64,000 nt of DNA from Adineta vaga. Taxonomy: Eukaryota; Animalia; Rotifera. A program made the position numbers and the translations under genes. The stretch covers positions 3,596,001 to 3,660,000 of the forward strand of contig CP075495.1 of assembly GCA_021613535.1 (NCBI GenBank). Direction: 5' to 3'. The notes beneath the pieces are model-generated. The model had not been told where the DNA came from and searched no databases. It worked only from the letters and a program-made list of their open reading frames with translations. Shown in pieces: positions 1-11,458 of this stretch. Each line of letters starts with the position of its first letter. The first letter of the stretch is position 1.

Positions 1-1222
1 GACCTGTATCATAAGCTTGTGATTGAAGGCCAAGTTGAACATTTTCACATAGATAAATATCTTCTTTTTGAACACGACGCGAATCATTTCGTTCGTTTTC
101 TTCAACAGATTTTGTTGTTGTTTGAGGACAATAATAATAATCGATATGAACGAGACAATTACATTCATCAATTGGTACAACAATATTTGTATCCATAAAT
201 GATCCATATCGATTAATCATTAAATTCGGATAGATATAAGCAAAAATAACACTACCTTGTGTTCTTTGTGAACCAGTACAATATTGTACCGATGATTTAC
301 CATCTTCAATAACAATTTTATATTCATTCATATTCAAAATTGAATCTAATTGTTTATGTGCATATGGAACATGGTAACCACCATCGAGATAATTATCAAC
401 AAAGATTTTCCAATTACATTTTACTGGATAACTTTCACGAGTAACAAATTGCATTTGTTCATAATTTGTTGATTGTAAATATTTCTTATGAATATGTTCA
501 ATCGTTGAAAGATCATTTTCAATCGTTGAATGATTTAAAAAATTTAAATTTAAATAAATAAATGGACCAATTGTATGAATAGCAATTGGTTTCAAACGAA
601 TTTTTGAAGCCTTAAATTGTTCAATAGATTTTAAACGTAAAGCTTTTTTTAAACGTCCATTTAAATCATATATCCAACCATGATATGGACAAACAATTTC
701 ATTCGATTGAAGATGTCCTTGATGATCTTGTAAAAGACACATACCATGATGACAACAAACATTATAATGGCCACGTAAAGTTCCTGATGAATCCACATTG
801 ATTAAAAAGGGCTCAGAAAGGAACCGATCGGTTAAAAAATCTCCTGGTTTAGTTACTTGATCTTTTCGTCCAGCATATAACCAATTTTGACCGAAAATAG
901 CATGTCGTTCAAGTTCGAAGATATCTCGAGATGTATAGAAACCAGATGGAAGTGTCAAAGCACGTTCGACAGGTACTTTCGATGACCATGATTGAAGAAT
1001 ATGTTCGAGTTGATTGCGATTTGATGGTGAATAAGTTTTCAAGTAACGACATGATACTTGAAATAAACTAGATAGAAAAAAATACACATGAAACTAGTGT
1101 CTAAATAGATAGACAAGAGCTGTAGAGAAAATAAATAATATATTGATTTATTTGAGCAGAATTATAGAAATCAATGACTACAGCATTATTTACGATGACG
1201 ATCGTAATAAAAGAAGAGACAT
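1..1222 (-). CDS. CMO: Choline monooxygenase-like Rieske [2Fe-2S] oxygenase alpha subunit (3' end beyond the left edge; absent from the ORF track)
   Basis: Manual minus-strand translation. Exon 1 (1222-1194) MSLLLLRSS joins exon 2 (1067 to <1), which is open to the edge. Rieske motif NVCCHHG...CPYHGW; mononuclear Fe motif CNWKIFVDNYLDGGYHVPYAH; downstream YIYPNLMINRYGSFMDTN and VQKEDIYLCENVQLGLQS. These match the plant CMO consensus. Confidence 0.88.
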
Positions 1223-2757
1223 GCGTTTTCTTTAACCATAAAAGGATGTAATAGTAAAGTAATAAATAAAACAACTTTATCAGTTGTATTATCATTGGTT
1301 GAAAAATCAACCTATCGATTTGTTACCAGACTTATTATTTAATTATTGACGTGAGCGACGCAAGCATGGTATCATTTCATATAGATTCTCGAATGCAAGA
1401 TGCAACATAGTCATTCATAAATACGATAAACAGTTCTATTCTAAACAAATATTAAAATAAAATTAAGAGTATATATTTTAAATGTATATATTCTCATTAA
1501 GGTTTTCGTCAACGGAAAAAATGAATCCTTTTTTTTTATTAGTATCGATCAGTTCCAATATAACGAAATAAATCAGTATTAGATTCAACTAGTATGTTTG
1601 ATCGTCTACTAGATTGGCAGCATAATGTGCAAAGAACAAATCAAAGTGATCGAGTTAGTCATGGAAATTTATCAGTTTCATGTTCATTCAAAACAGATTC
1701 ACGCACAATATGGCATTCCTACTTTCTTAACTATAAGAATATTTTCATCCTTACACTGTTAATCTACATTTATTTAACCAAAAAAAAGGATCGATATTAT
1801 CTTAATTAGAAATCCATTATTTTTGGAGTAAAAATTGATTAAAATTAGACTACATTATCATCCCTTGATCTAATCTATTAACAAGAAAAAAAACAAATAA
1901 ACAATCGAGAGTACGTATATACATACTGATGAATAAAACTCGAAGACATAAATCACGCTAAGAAAAAGATGTGCATTTCTACAAAATATCATTCAATTGT
2001 GTGCCATCATAGATGCCACCAGTGATCAATGTATCAGCTATTTCTTGCAACGCAGAAACATTTTTCATATCTATCAGACAGGATGCAAGTTTTTAGAAAA
2101 TTGAACATTATTTTCTCTCTGCGTCAATGCACAATTCATTGTTTGACAATGAATATTAACCAATGAAAATGTTCAGTATATACAACACAACACAAATTTA
2201 CTCACTATTTGTTCCTTTCATAATCTGACGCACACTAAGTCACTCTTTCTTTCCGTGTCGATACAATCAATATAAATCAAATTTTATCAATTGACAGTGT
2301 CGACACAAAAACCGAGAAATGATTGTACTTGAGTCTTAGTTGAACCTGTAATATTGTAGAAAAATATTTTGTATGTTCTATGCAAAAGGATGTTGCTGGA
2401 TTTCCCATGGCATTCGTAATATATTTATTAAATTTCCATGAAAGAAAAAAATTCTTTTTTTTCACATTAATAATACGTCTTTTGCTTTTTTGTTTTGTTT
2501 ATAATATTTATAAATGCATGTTATATTATTCATTGTCTGATTTTGTCAGGTTTTTAGAATATTTGACCTTGTCATCTGTTGTATTCGATATTTGATGATC
2601 TGATTGACGATTACCGTCAGTAAGACTGATTTGTGATTGAATTTGTATATCAATTATCTTTTCCTATAATACAACACATAATTTATAAGGTCAGTTTTTA
2701 CTATTTGATAATATTTATTTGATTAAAATTGTTTATTCTCAGTGTAAATAAACAATT

Positions 2758-5700
2758 ATGGGTTTGGGAGCAAATCTGTGGAAAATTCTTTCACATTATT
2801 CGCAATTTTGTAAATATTATTCATATTTTCTCATCTATAATGAATCTATTATGTTTTCTAATCAATTAGATTTTGTTTCAATTGCATCGATTCTTGGTAC
2901 AGGCATTCTTGGTCTACCGGTGACATTATCAGAGAGTGGTTTTCAACCATTTATACTCTCATTTTTGATTTGCTACTTCGTTCAAGTAAGACAAAAAAAA
3001 GAAACGTTGTGATTGATAATCTTTGATGAATTGTGCTTTCTTTTTCGTTTCAGATATTGACAGTATTTTTCTTCACGGAAGTTTTACAAAAGGCTTATTA
3101 TCGAAATGTCGAAAAATTACAAGAAGTAAATTTGATTTTGATGATAATTATCATTACTATTTATTACTAATAGAGTGACAAGGATAATGCACCGATCCAT
3201 ATGGAGAAACATGAGTTACATACATATGGATCAGATTACGATTTGTCATCTAAACAGGGTAAGAGGGGATCAAAAGTTAAGATTCTTTTTCTTCTTCTTG
3301 TTTCTGTTGATTATATTATCACATCTGTTTGCGATTAATTGATACGTTAGAAGATATGATCATCATTACTGATATTATATGAGCAAGATCATCGTTTACT
3401 TAATAAGTCTCTTCCTAGGGAGTATCAAATCTCTAATGATATCATTAAGAGAGAAAAATGTAGTTAATTATATATTCTATTAAGTAGTTGTTGTTTCAAT
3501 ATCAGTAGAACTATCATTACAGTTAAAGAATATCATAAAGACAATGACAAGTATTCTATTGATTCCACGTTTAAGCGTAATTATATTGATGGGTCTTAGT
3601 CTTCTATTAGCATTTATTTTAATCATACAATTAAGCAATGGTTGTTGTAATGCTATTGCGAGTTTTCGTCGAAAGAATCAAATAAATCAACATTCTATTT
3701 ATAATTTCTATCTTTTTCATCATTTAATCGTATGTATTATTCGTTGTCTAACGATATTTCTAATCTGTCTTTTTCTAATCATCTATCATGAATGTCTTTC
3801 TCTTGATATTCTTATACATTTTCTTCTTCTATTATCAACATTTGATATTTTTCTAATTATTATTGGTGAAACAGTACATTTCTGGGATTGTACAATTAAT
3901 CATAAAAGTACTCTATATTCCAAATGTTGTTTCATATTTGGTATATGTTTTAATTATTTTCTATCGAGTCTTTTTCTCGCTATTCATATGACATTGGGTG
4001 GAAATCATCCTGTCATTGTTCATTTTTGTCAAACAAGAAAAACACAAATCATCTTTCATCAAACAATCGAATATGAAAAATCCTTAATACCAGCGATGAT
4101 TCTCTATGTACTTTTTATTCTATTAAATTTCTTAACATTTCTATGGATTCATATTTCATATAAAGATATTGCGAAATTAAAACGTAAACGTTTAGCAACG
4201 GTATTTTTCTATTCACTTGTTTTAACTAAATTTCAAAATCATCAACGAGCAAGAATGGTTAATCAAACATTAAAACGTCTTTCATCAATTTGTTTATTTC
4301 TTCTCAGTAATATTATCGTTATTTTACCTGTATTAACAATGAAAATCTTGAAAATTTCAATATCAAATGTGTATTTACAAATCTTTATCATTTTTTTTAC
4401 TCAATTACCATGGTGTGAATCGTTGACATGTATTTTTTTTAATGAAATGATATTGCGTTTTCCGACGAAACTTAGTCGTTTCAAAGAAAAACATCAAATT
4501 CATGAACGAATCGGAATTCGTCTTAGTTCATATCGAAATAATAGTCTTCCTATGAATAAAACTGATCATAAATAACAAACAATAATACTTGTTTTATATT
4601 TAGAATACGGAGAATTTACTGAATTAAGAGATATGGTTGTTCCTTCGAGAGGTGACTTGCCCTTTTGTTTTTTCTTTCTATGTTGTTTTCTTTTGTATGT
4701 GTGTCTGTATTTTGTCTTAGTAAATATATATATATATATGTTGCTTATTGTGCTCCTTCAGGCGATGGTCAATCGAATGTACCATTAATGACAGGTGACG
4801 ATGATGATGACGATGACGTAAACATTACTATCACTAATACGAAAAATTATCTAAAACCATGTATGAATTTTTGTTTGCTATATAGCTGCATGATTATATA
4901 TATATATATATGTGTTTATTTGAATTCAAATTATGAATAATTCCTTTTCTATGATAGCTTACAAGGCAGATACAATCAAGAGATGTCTCCCGAATCTTCA
5001 TTCACTTGGAGAACTTCTATTACCATGCTTTCTTCGACAATTATTTACAGCAACTGTACTTTTATCTTTGTATGTCATTGTTCTATTTAACAAAGAAGAA
5101 TTCTTTTTTCTATGTATTTCATATAATTAGATTATGCGTGTTGATTAGTTATGCACTTGCTGGCAGTCAAGCATTCGCTACATTATTCAATATTCCGTAA
5201 GTTATATTTATGATAAGATGAATGAAAGATTTTTGTTTAAATTTAGATATATTAAAATGATTCCGGCTTTTTGTTGGACATGGACATTTGTCATAGTCTT
5301 TCTTCATTCATTCATTCAACCGATTATTTCGGTTTTGACATTTTTAAAAGGCACACTTTTTACTGCTACGGTAAATTATAATTATTGGAGATTAATACTT
5401 AATTATTTTCTTCGTTTTCTTAAGGTTGCTGTAACATTACTTGTTGGATTGAAAATACAAAATCCAGTTAAAAACGATTATTCAGCTATTGGTGATTCGT
5501 TTCTAATGAGTACAATTGCATTAGGTATGAAAAAGTAAATCGATTTGATTTCGTTTATAGATAAATCTTTGTTTAGGCGGTTTAATGAATGTTATGCCAA
5601 TGATGTTCGCGAAATTGAAACAAACACGAGATGAAGTAAATGAAAATCTTATGACGAACTAGTTGATAAGACTTCTTTGATTGTAGATTATTGGTTTCAA

Positions 5701-7033
5701 TGTTTCAATCTTTCTTGGACTGACGACTTGTGTCATTTTGAATTTACTCTGGTAAGACTCTACTCATCTCAAGATAGTATTAATTGTTCTCCATGTGACG
5801 TACGCACTATCGATATCATATAGCTCTCGTTATGATAGAAATATAATGAACATCTGTTTGTAATGGTAGAGAAAACAAGATCATTATCGAAATTAGAACA
5901 AAGCTATTTCTAGAAGTAGGATTTTGAATGTTTCCTTATTGATTAACATCTGTGAGAAGATAAAGAGAAAATAAAAAAGATCAGTTTGATCTTCAATTCA
6001 TATTTCTTCACTTGTTCTTAAAGGTGTTGGTCAATACTTGCTATTGTTCCTCAACGTAGTACATGTTTATCAACGAATATAAATGAATCACTTCATATCG
6101 TCTTCAATCTAATGAATGAATCACAAATTCATGGCAAATGTATTCTATCACCATCATTGAAAAAGTAAAATTAAAATCATTGATATTTTTTTTCTACAAA
6201 AATGATTTTTCTTTTAAGAGCGGAAATGAATGGAGAAATTTCTACAATACCATTAAGTCAAGTAAGTTGTATGATCTTAAAATCAGAACTAATAAATGTC
6301 GTATTTTAAGATTCTCGAAAATGGCGAATATAATTATTTTCAATACGTTGCCTTTATTGTTCAATTATTTATTATTACAAGTATTTCCGTTTCATTCATG
6401 ACAATGGGTTCAGCATTACATCATACAAGTAAATAATTTTGAACTTATCAAACGAATCTATTCATTGTTTATATGTAGTTAAAGGTGTTGTTGATTCGTA
6501 TTGGAATCCAACATTAGAAGCAGAAACAAGTTTGAGAAAATATGGAAATATTTTTGAATATATTACTGCGCGAAGGTATGTAAACAAGTTCATCTATATC
6601 GAATCGATTTTCGTTTTTGTAGAATTGCTCAGTGGATTGGATCTTTGATAATCTTTTCTATTGTATTTGGTATTGCCATGAGTAATCCAAAGGTATGAAA
6701 AACAAATGAAATCATTGTTAAATAGTTTATATTTTTCTTTTTTTCCTATTATTAAGGGTTTTAAATCGATTCTGGAACAGGCAGCAAGTCTATTTCAAAA
6801 TATTGAAATTGGATTATTTCTTGGAATCATGATCTATAAAGTATCTTCACGAGAATATAAGTAAGTTGCAGATAGAAACTTAATTTATTTATGATATGTT
6901 CTCTTTTAGTCATTATATATTACCATTCCAACTACCCCGATGGTTTCTTTATCTTCAAGGAATCATTCCAGTTTATTTTCTTTTCGCTGTTGTTTATGAT
7001 ATCTATCATATATTTAGAAGTTATTTAAAATAA
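2758..7033 (+). CDS. Multi-exon amino-acid transporter (Aa_trans / aromatic amino-acid permease-like)
   Basis: N-terminal IASILGTGILGLP signature and many hydrophobic exons (LISYALAGSQA, FLMSTIALGG, GEISTIPL). The introns checked (3259-4603 and neighbours) are phase-consistent GT-AG. Stop TAA at 7031-7033. Confidence 0.82.
3544..4575 (+). CDS. Intronless 7TM class A GPCR-like protein nested in a transporter intron
   Basis: 343-aa ORF with about seven hydrophobic segments, Cys at the start of TM3 and in the second extracellular loop, a basic third intracellular loop and Pro in TM6. It lies wholly inside intron 3259-4603. Confidence 0.7.
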   Translation: MTSILLIPRLSVIILMGLSLLLAFILIIQLSNGCCNAIASFRRKNQINQHSIYNFYLFHHLIVCIIRCLTIFLICLFLIIYHECLSLDILIHFLLLLSTFDIFLIIIGETVHFWDCTINHKSTLYSKCCFIFGICFNYFLSSLFLAIHMTLGGNHPVIVHFCQTRKTQIIFHQTIEYEKSLIPAMILYVLFILLNFLTFLWIHISYKDIAKLKRKRLATVFFYSLVLTKFQNHQRARMVNQTLKRLSSICLFLLSNIIVILPVLTMKILKISISNVYLQIFIIFFTQLPWCESLTCIFFNEMILRFPTKLSRFKEKHQIHERIGIRLSSYRNNSLPMNKTDHK

Positions 7034-7359
7034 TCGATATTGCTTAGTTTTTTTTTGACATTCATCGTGGTTATTATTATTAATATTATGTCCATTATAT
7101 TCCCTTCTAATTTCCACTCAATCTAATCGATCTTATTCTTATATTTTGTTTCTTGCGCAATAATTGTTGTCGGTATATAGTTATTTATTTATTTATTTTT
7201 CTCTCTTCTTGACATTATTTCTGTAATAGTTCATGTGCGTACCTATTTTTTCATATTGTTTTGTTCGTCAGTTATTGTAATGTGCATGACATAAGAGTAT
7301 ATATATATATTTAAGTTTATTTTGTCTTGGTGTTGTCTTCAGATTAAATAGAAATTCTC

Positions 7360-8253
7360 ATGCCATCGCAACCAGGTTTTATTGGATTTGAAGGATTAAA
7401 TGTTCGACAGAGATCAGCACATGCAGAATTCGAAGAGGAATATGATCATGACGAATCAATGAATGACACTTCAGGTAGAATTTTAGTCTCTAAAGAATAT
7501 ACTCTTTTCTAAATATGGAATCGATTGAGAATTATTCTAATACAATCATTTTCATATGTTAATTTTATTCGATTAGGTGATATAAAATCGAATTCAAAAA
7601 ACAAAGTTTCATCATCACAATTTTACAATAATTCTCCATTGCTAGTGCGACGTGTACATACACCAATGTTTTCTGCTATTTATGACGAAATTGTAACTGT
7701 ATGGTTCAAAATACAATGGTTAATATTTGATGAGAATCATCAAGAAACATTTCTTATGTTAAAATCTTATATAACGGATTGTGTAACTATACAAAAAGCT
7801 ATTGATCAAAAATCTTTTGTAAATAATAAATATCATTTACATAATTTACCTGAATGTCTTCTGATTCGAACAGAATCAGATAGTAATACAATATTTTTAC
7901 CTAATTCTATTCTATCATTCGATCGTCTTCTTCATAAAAGTATTCGATCGAATGAGTACCAATTTCAAGGACAATTAATTGCGATTCTATGTAAATTAAA
8001 TGAAAAAGACAGTAAATTAATGTTTTATAAACATTTACGAACAAATATTTGGTATACATATTTCAATAATCCTGATGTATCATCCGAATATCATTCAAAT
8101 ATGTTATGTGATGGCGAACAAACTCAATTGGAAACAATTGGTGAAGAAAATAATCAAAGACATTTTAATCATTCATCTCAATTAACATTTCCATTATCAG
8201 CATTAACCATACATCCGATAACTTATGTATATTTAACAAAACAATGTCTGTGA
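7360..8253 (+). CDS. CYLD-derived protein 1 (C-terminal half of USP domain, predicted inactive)
   Basis: Exons 7360-7474 and 7578-8253. VTIQKAIDQKSFVNNKYHLHNLPECLLIR and QLIAILCK...WYTY...ITYVY align by eye with CYLD (PTIQQLLEWSF...EAPSCLIIQ; LFAVLCI...WLFFD...YMCMY). Confidence 0.66.
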
Positions 8254-8361
8254 TCATTGAATGTGTGATTTTTCTTACGAATAAATGATTTTTTTGTGAA
8301 TGATTTTCCTACTCTTTGATAAATATTTTGTATTCTAGATTATAACGAAAAGGGCTATTTA

Positions 8362-9035
8362 ATGGCACACGGTAAGATTTTGTTGATAGATTGAAATTAT
8401 CTTTCATATTTGTTTATTTAGCACAACATGATTATCGAAATGATGAGAATATAGGACGTGAATTTCTTCGAAATGATGCTATTATAGGCAATATGACAAG
8501 TCGATGTCAAGAATATTTAGATGAGCGAACTTATCGAAATACAATTCATATGGATTCAGGCGAATATGTTGATGTGTTAGAATTATATGCACCTACTGGT
8601 TTACAAACGATTCAAAAGATAATTGATGATCAACAAGAATATGATGCAATTCGTTTACAAAGTCCAGCACCTGATATTTTAGCAATGAATTTTTTGAAAA
8701 TATCCGATGATCCAAATTCATATATAATTCCATCGGAAAAACTTACAATTGAAACAATTCTTCCTCGATCAGGAGGCTATCGTTTAAATGCAATTCTCTG
8801 CGAGATTAATCAACATATTGTTGTTTTTATTAAACATTTTTCAACAAAACGATGGTATTTTTATCAAAACGATTATACATGTGAATCATTGAATGAAAAT
8901 GTATGTGAAAATTTCAATCGAATATTAGATTCAAGATCATTACATGAACAAAAACGTTTGATTGAATCGACACATTTTCTAATCTCAATGATTTTTCATA
9001 ACGCTGTGAAATATATCTATATACCAGATGATTGA
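8362..9035 (+). CDS. CYLD-derived protein 2 (C-terminal half of USP domain)
   Basis: Exons 8362-8371 and 8422-9035. LQTIQKII...SPAPDILAMN...IIPSEKLTI and His-box-like YRLNAILCEINQHIVVFIKH...WYFY; ends NAVKYIY. Confidence 0.7.
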
Positions 9036-9128
9036 TGAGTCGTCTTATTTTTTATCGTATAAAGTGATATATATATATATATATATATCGTTTTTATTCT
9101 TGAATTTTTATTGTATAGTTGTAGATTG

Positions 9129-10429
9129 ATGAATAGTTTACATGTCGGTGATATTGTACAGAATCCTACTCAAACAGCAACGTAAGTTTTGATTAGAAAA
9201 GTAGAGAAGAAATTCTTATAAATTTAGTAAAATAGCATTCGTTGGTTGGGTTCAATTGAAGATAATGCAATCATCGGTTTGCAACTAAACAATTCAACAT
9301 TACCTGGTAGAATAAAACAAATTTTTCTCTTGGCAAAAACATATTTTTTTCTCTCGAATTGTAGGATATACCGATGGAACTTGTCCGTATGATAACAAAC
9401 GTTATTTTCTATGTCCACCTGATCAAGGTTATTATGTATTAGAATCGAGTTTTATCAATTCATACAGATTAATTCAAAGACATACTGATAATGATTACAA
9501 TTCAATCGAGTAAATAAATCGTTGTTTTTTCTTCTTTGAAGTATTTTATATCTGTGATGATGATGATTATGATTGTTTTCTTTTTCAATAGACAAACATT
9601 GTCAACTTCTCCTGTTCATGCACCTCTTCTAACTCAACCAATTCCGTCAACAACTTCACCATCTGTTTCTCAAATTCAGTTTCTTTCAGATAATAATCAT
9701 GTAACATCATCTCCACGTGGTGTTCTCAGTCGATTAACATCCGAACGAGAACAATGGAAAACTCAAATGTCACCAATGGCTTCTGCTGCTAACAATTCAT
9801 CATCAACATCACGAATCTATCGTCCGGAAAATTATCGCTCTGAAACTTATGATTTTTCTACAGAAAATGAACAAGAACTTTCTCATGTACAAATGACAGA
9901 TAACAATCAAATATTATCATTCGATAATATGCCTTCATTTGGTCATGACTATTTTCTTAACCATTGGACACTTGGTCGTGTAAAACGTTTTCTTGAAATG
10001 GAAATTCCAGTAGAAAATCAACTTTGTTTAAATATCTGTATTGATCAATGTGAAACTCAACAATTAATCGATGAACAAATCAACAAATATCTTTCACGTC
10101 GATCAAAAACAGCACCGTCAAATATTCGTATTGAATTGATTAAAATCTATGACAATGTAGAAATTGCTTTTCCATCACGTGCTATTCGCTTATATGACAA
10201 TGATTATTTATTATTAGCTATTCTATGTTCTTATAGTGAATGTGCTTACATTCGTACAAAAGCTGGTTGGGCATATACAGATGAGGAAAGTGATCGAGGG
10301 GAATCTATTATTATTGATGAAATCTCACAAATGATAGATGACATCAATACGGATATTCCGTACAAATCCGAACAATGTCTTCATGTTCTCAAAAATGCTT
10401 CATTTTTATATTATAAACTTATAGAATAA
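9129..10429 (+). CDS. CYLD-derived protein 3 (CAP-Gly + Ser/Thr linker + degenerate half-USP)
   Basis: Four exons. The spliced N-terminus LHVGDIV...TIRWLG...IIGLQL...GYTDGTCPYDNKRYFLCPPDQGYYV is a CAP-Gly domain. C-terminus ETQQLI...TAPSNIRI...AFPS...YLLLAILCS...GWAYTD...NASFLYY. Confidence 0.72.
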
Positions 10430-10558
10430 TTTTTGTTTTTTCTTACATCAGAAATATTCGATCTTATGATTACTAGTGATAAATAATAAATAATTGAACA
10501 TGTTGATTTCATATTGCTTTTCAAGTTCATAAAAATAGAATTATGATAGAAAGATAGA

Positions 10559-10920
10559 AGCGAGAGAGAGAGAGAGAGTCGACTATTCATATAATACATA
10601 GAGATTGCTTCAAGTCGTATTCTCGTCATCATCGCTTTTTAACTCTCTCTGTCTCTCTCTCTCTCTCGCTGTTCGCATCTGCATTGCTTATACACACACA
10701 CACATCAATTAGACCAACGTGCCTGGAAGGCTTCTGTGACGGTAACGACAAGCACATAGGATCGACAAAAGCCTAAGGGCTTGAGGCAGTAGTAGAAGAA
10801 GCATTTGGAGTGAAGAAAAGAAAACGAAGACGAAGAAAGAGAAAAAATGGAGAGAGAGAGAGAAAGAGATGATTATGCATTGCTACAGGTAAATGAGCTA
10901 TATGCACACACACACATGTA
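10559..10920. repeat. (GA)n, (CT)n and (CA)n microsatellite cluster upstream of KCTD gene
   Basis: AGCGAGAGAGAGAG... at 10559-10579, the complementary CTCTCT...CGCT at 10643-10670, CA runs at about 10692 and 10905, and a GA run at about 10850. Confidence 0.8.
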
Positions 10921-11458
10921 TATAGACGAGATTCTTTTTTTTTTGCTTTTCCTTATTTTTGACCATCTTTATATAAACGTTTAGAAAAAAAGAAAGAATG
11001 CGAAGATAGTTTGAAGCAAAAAAGACAGATTGAAGCTCCAAGGCAACACAACCAAACGAAAGAAAGGCATATTCAATTGCCGCAAGGACTTCTTTCTTTC
11101 TCTCGGTGTCTAATCATGAGAAAACTAATCTGCAGTAACATGGCAAGTAATTTGCCGTAAGCAATATTCTGCAAAAGACCGCTACCATATACATACATCG
11201 TGTCGATTCTCACTCATTCTCTTACTCTGCTTTCGGCCGCTTGCTTGCCCTCTTCTTTCTCCCTCTTCATTCTAACGAATAGCCTTCGGCAATACTGTGT
11301 GTCTGTGTACGTATGCGTATATATATTAGAGAAGAAAACGAGAAATTCGTTCTTCCTTGTCATTATTAGCTGACTGTCTTCTCATACATAAGGTAGCACA
11401 TATTATTCTTCTCTGTTTTATTTTAAACGTCACAGTTTAGATAAAAAAAATAAAGACT

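Noticed and set aside
1101-2595. Several 60-70 aa hydrophobic ORFs between CMO and the transporter
   Set aside because: Phe/Ile/Leu/Tyr-rich translations expected from AT-rich intergenic DNA; no motifs.
3092-3101. GGCTTATTA resembling the start of the bdelloid spliced leader
   Set aside because: Short match inside a coding exon, with no following leader sequence or donor.
7360-10429. A single intact CYLD gene, or one pseudogene broken by stops
   Set aside because: Each unit repeats the same C-terminal USP part, has its own ATG exon and stops at the same homologous position. CAP-Gly is in the last unit and no Cys box is seen.
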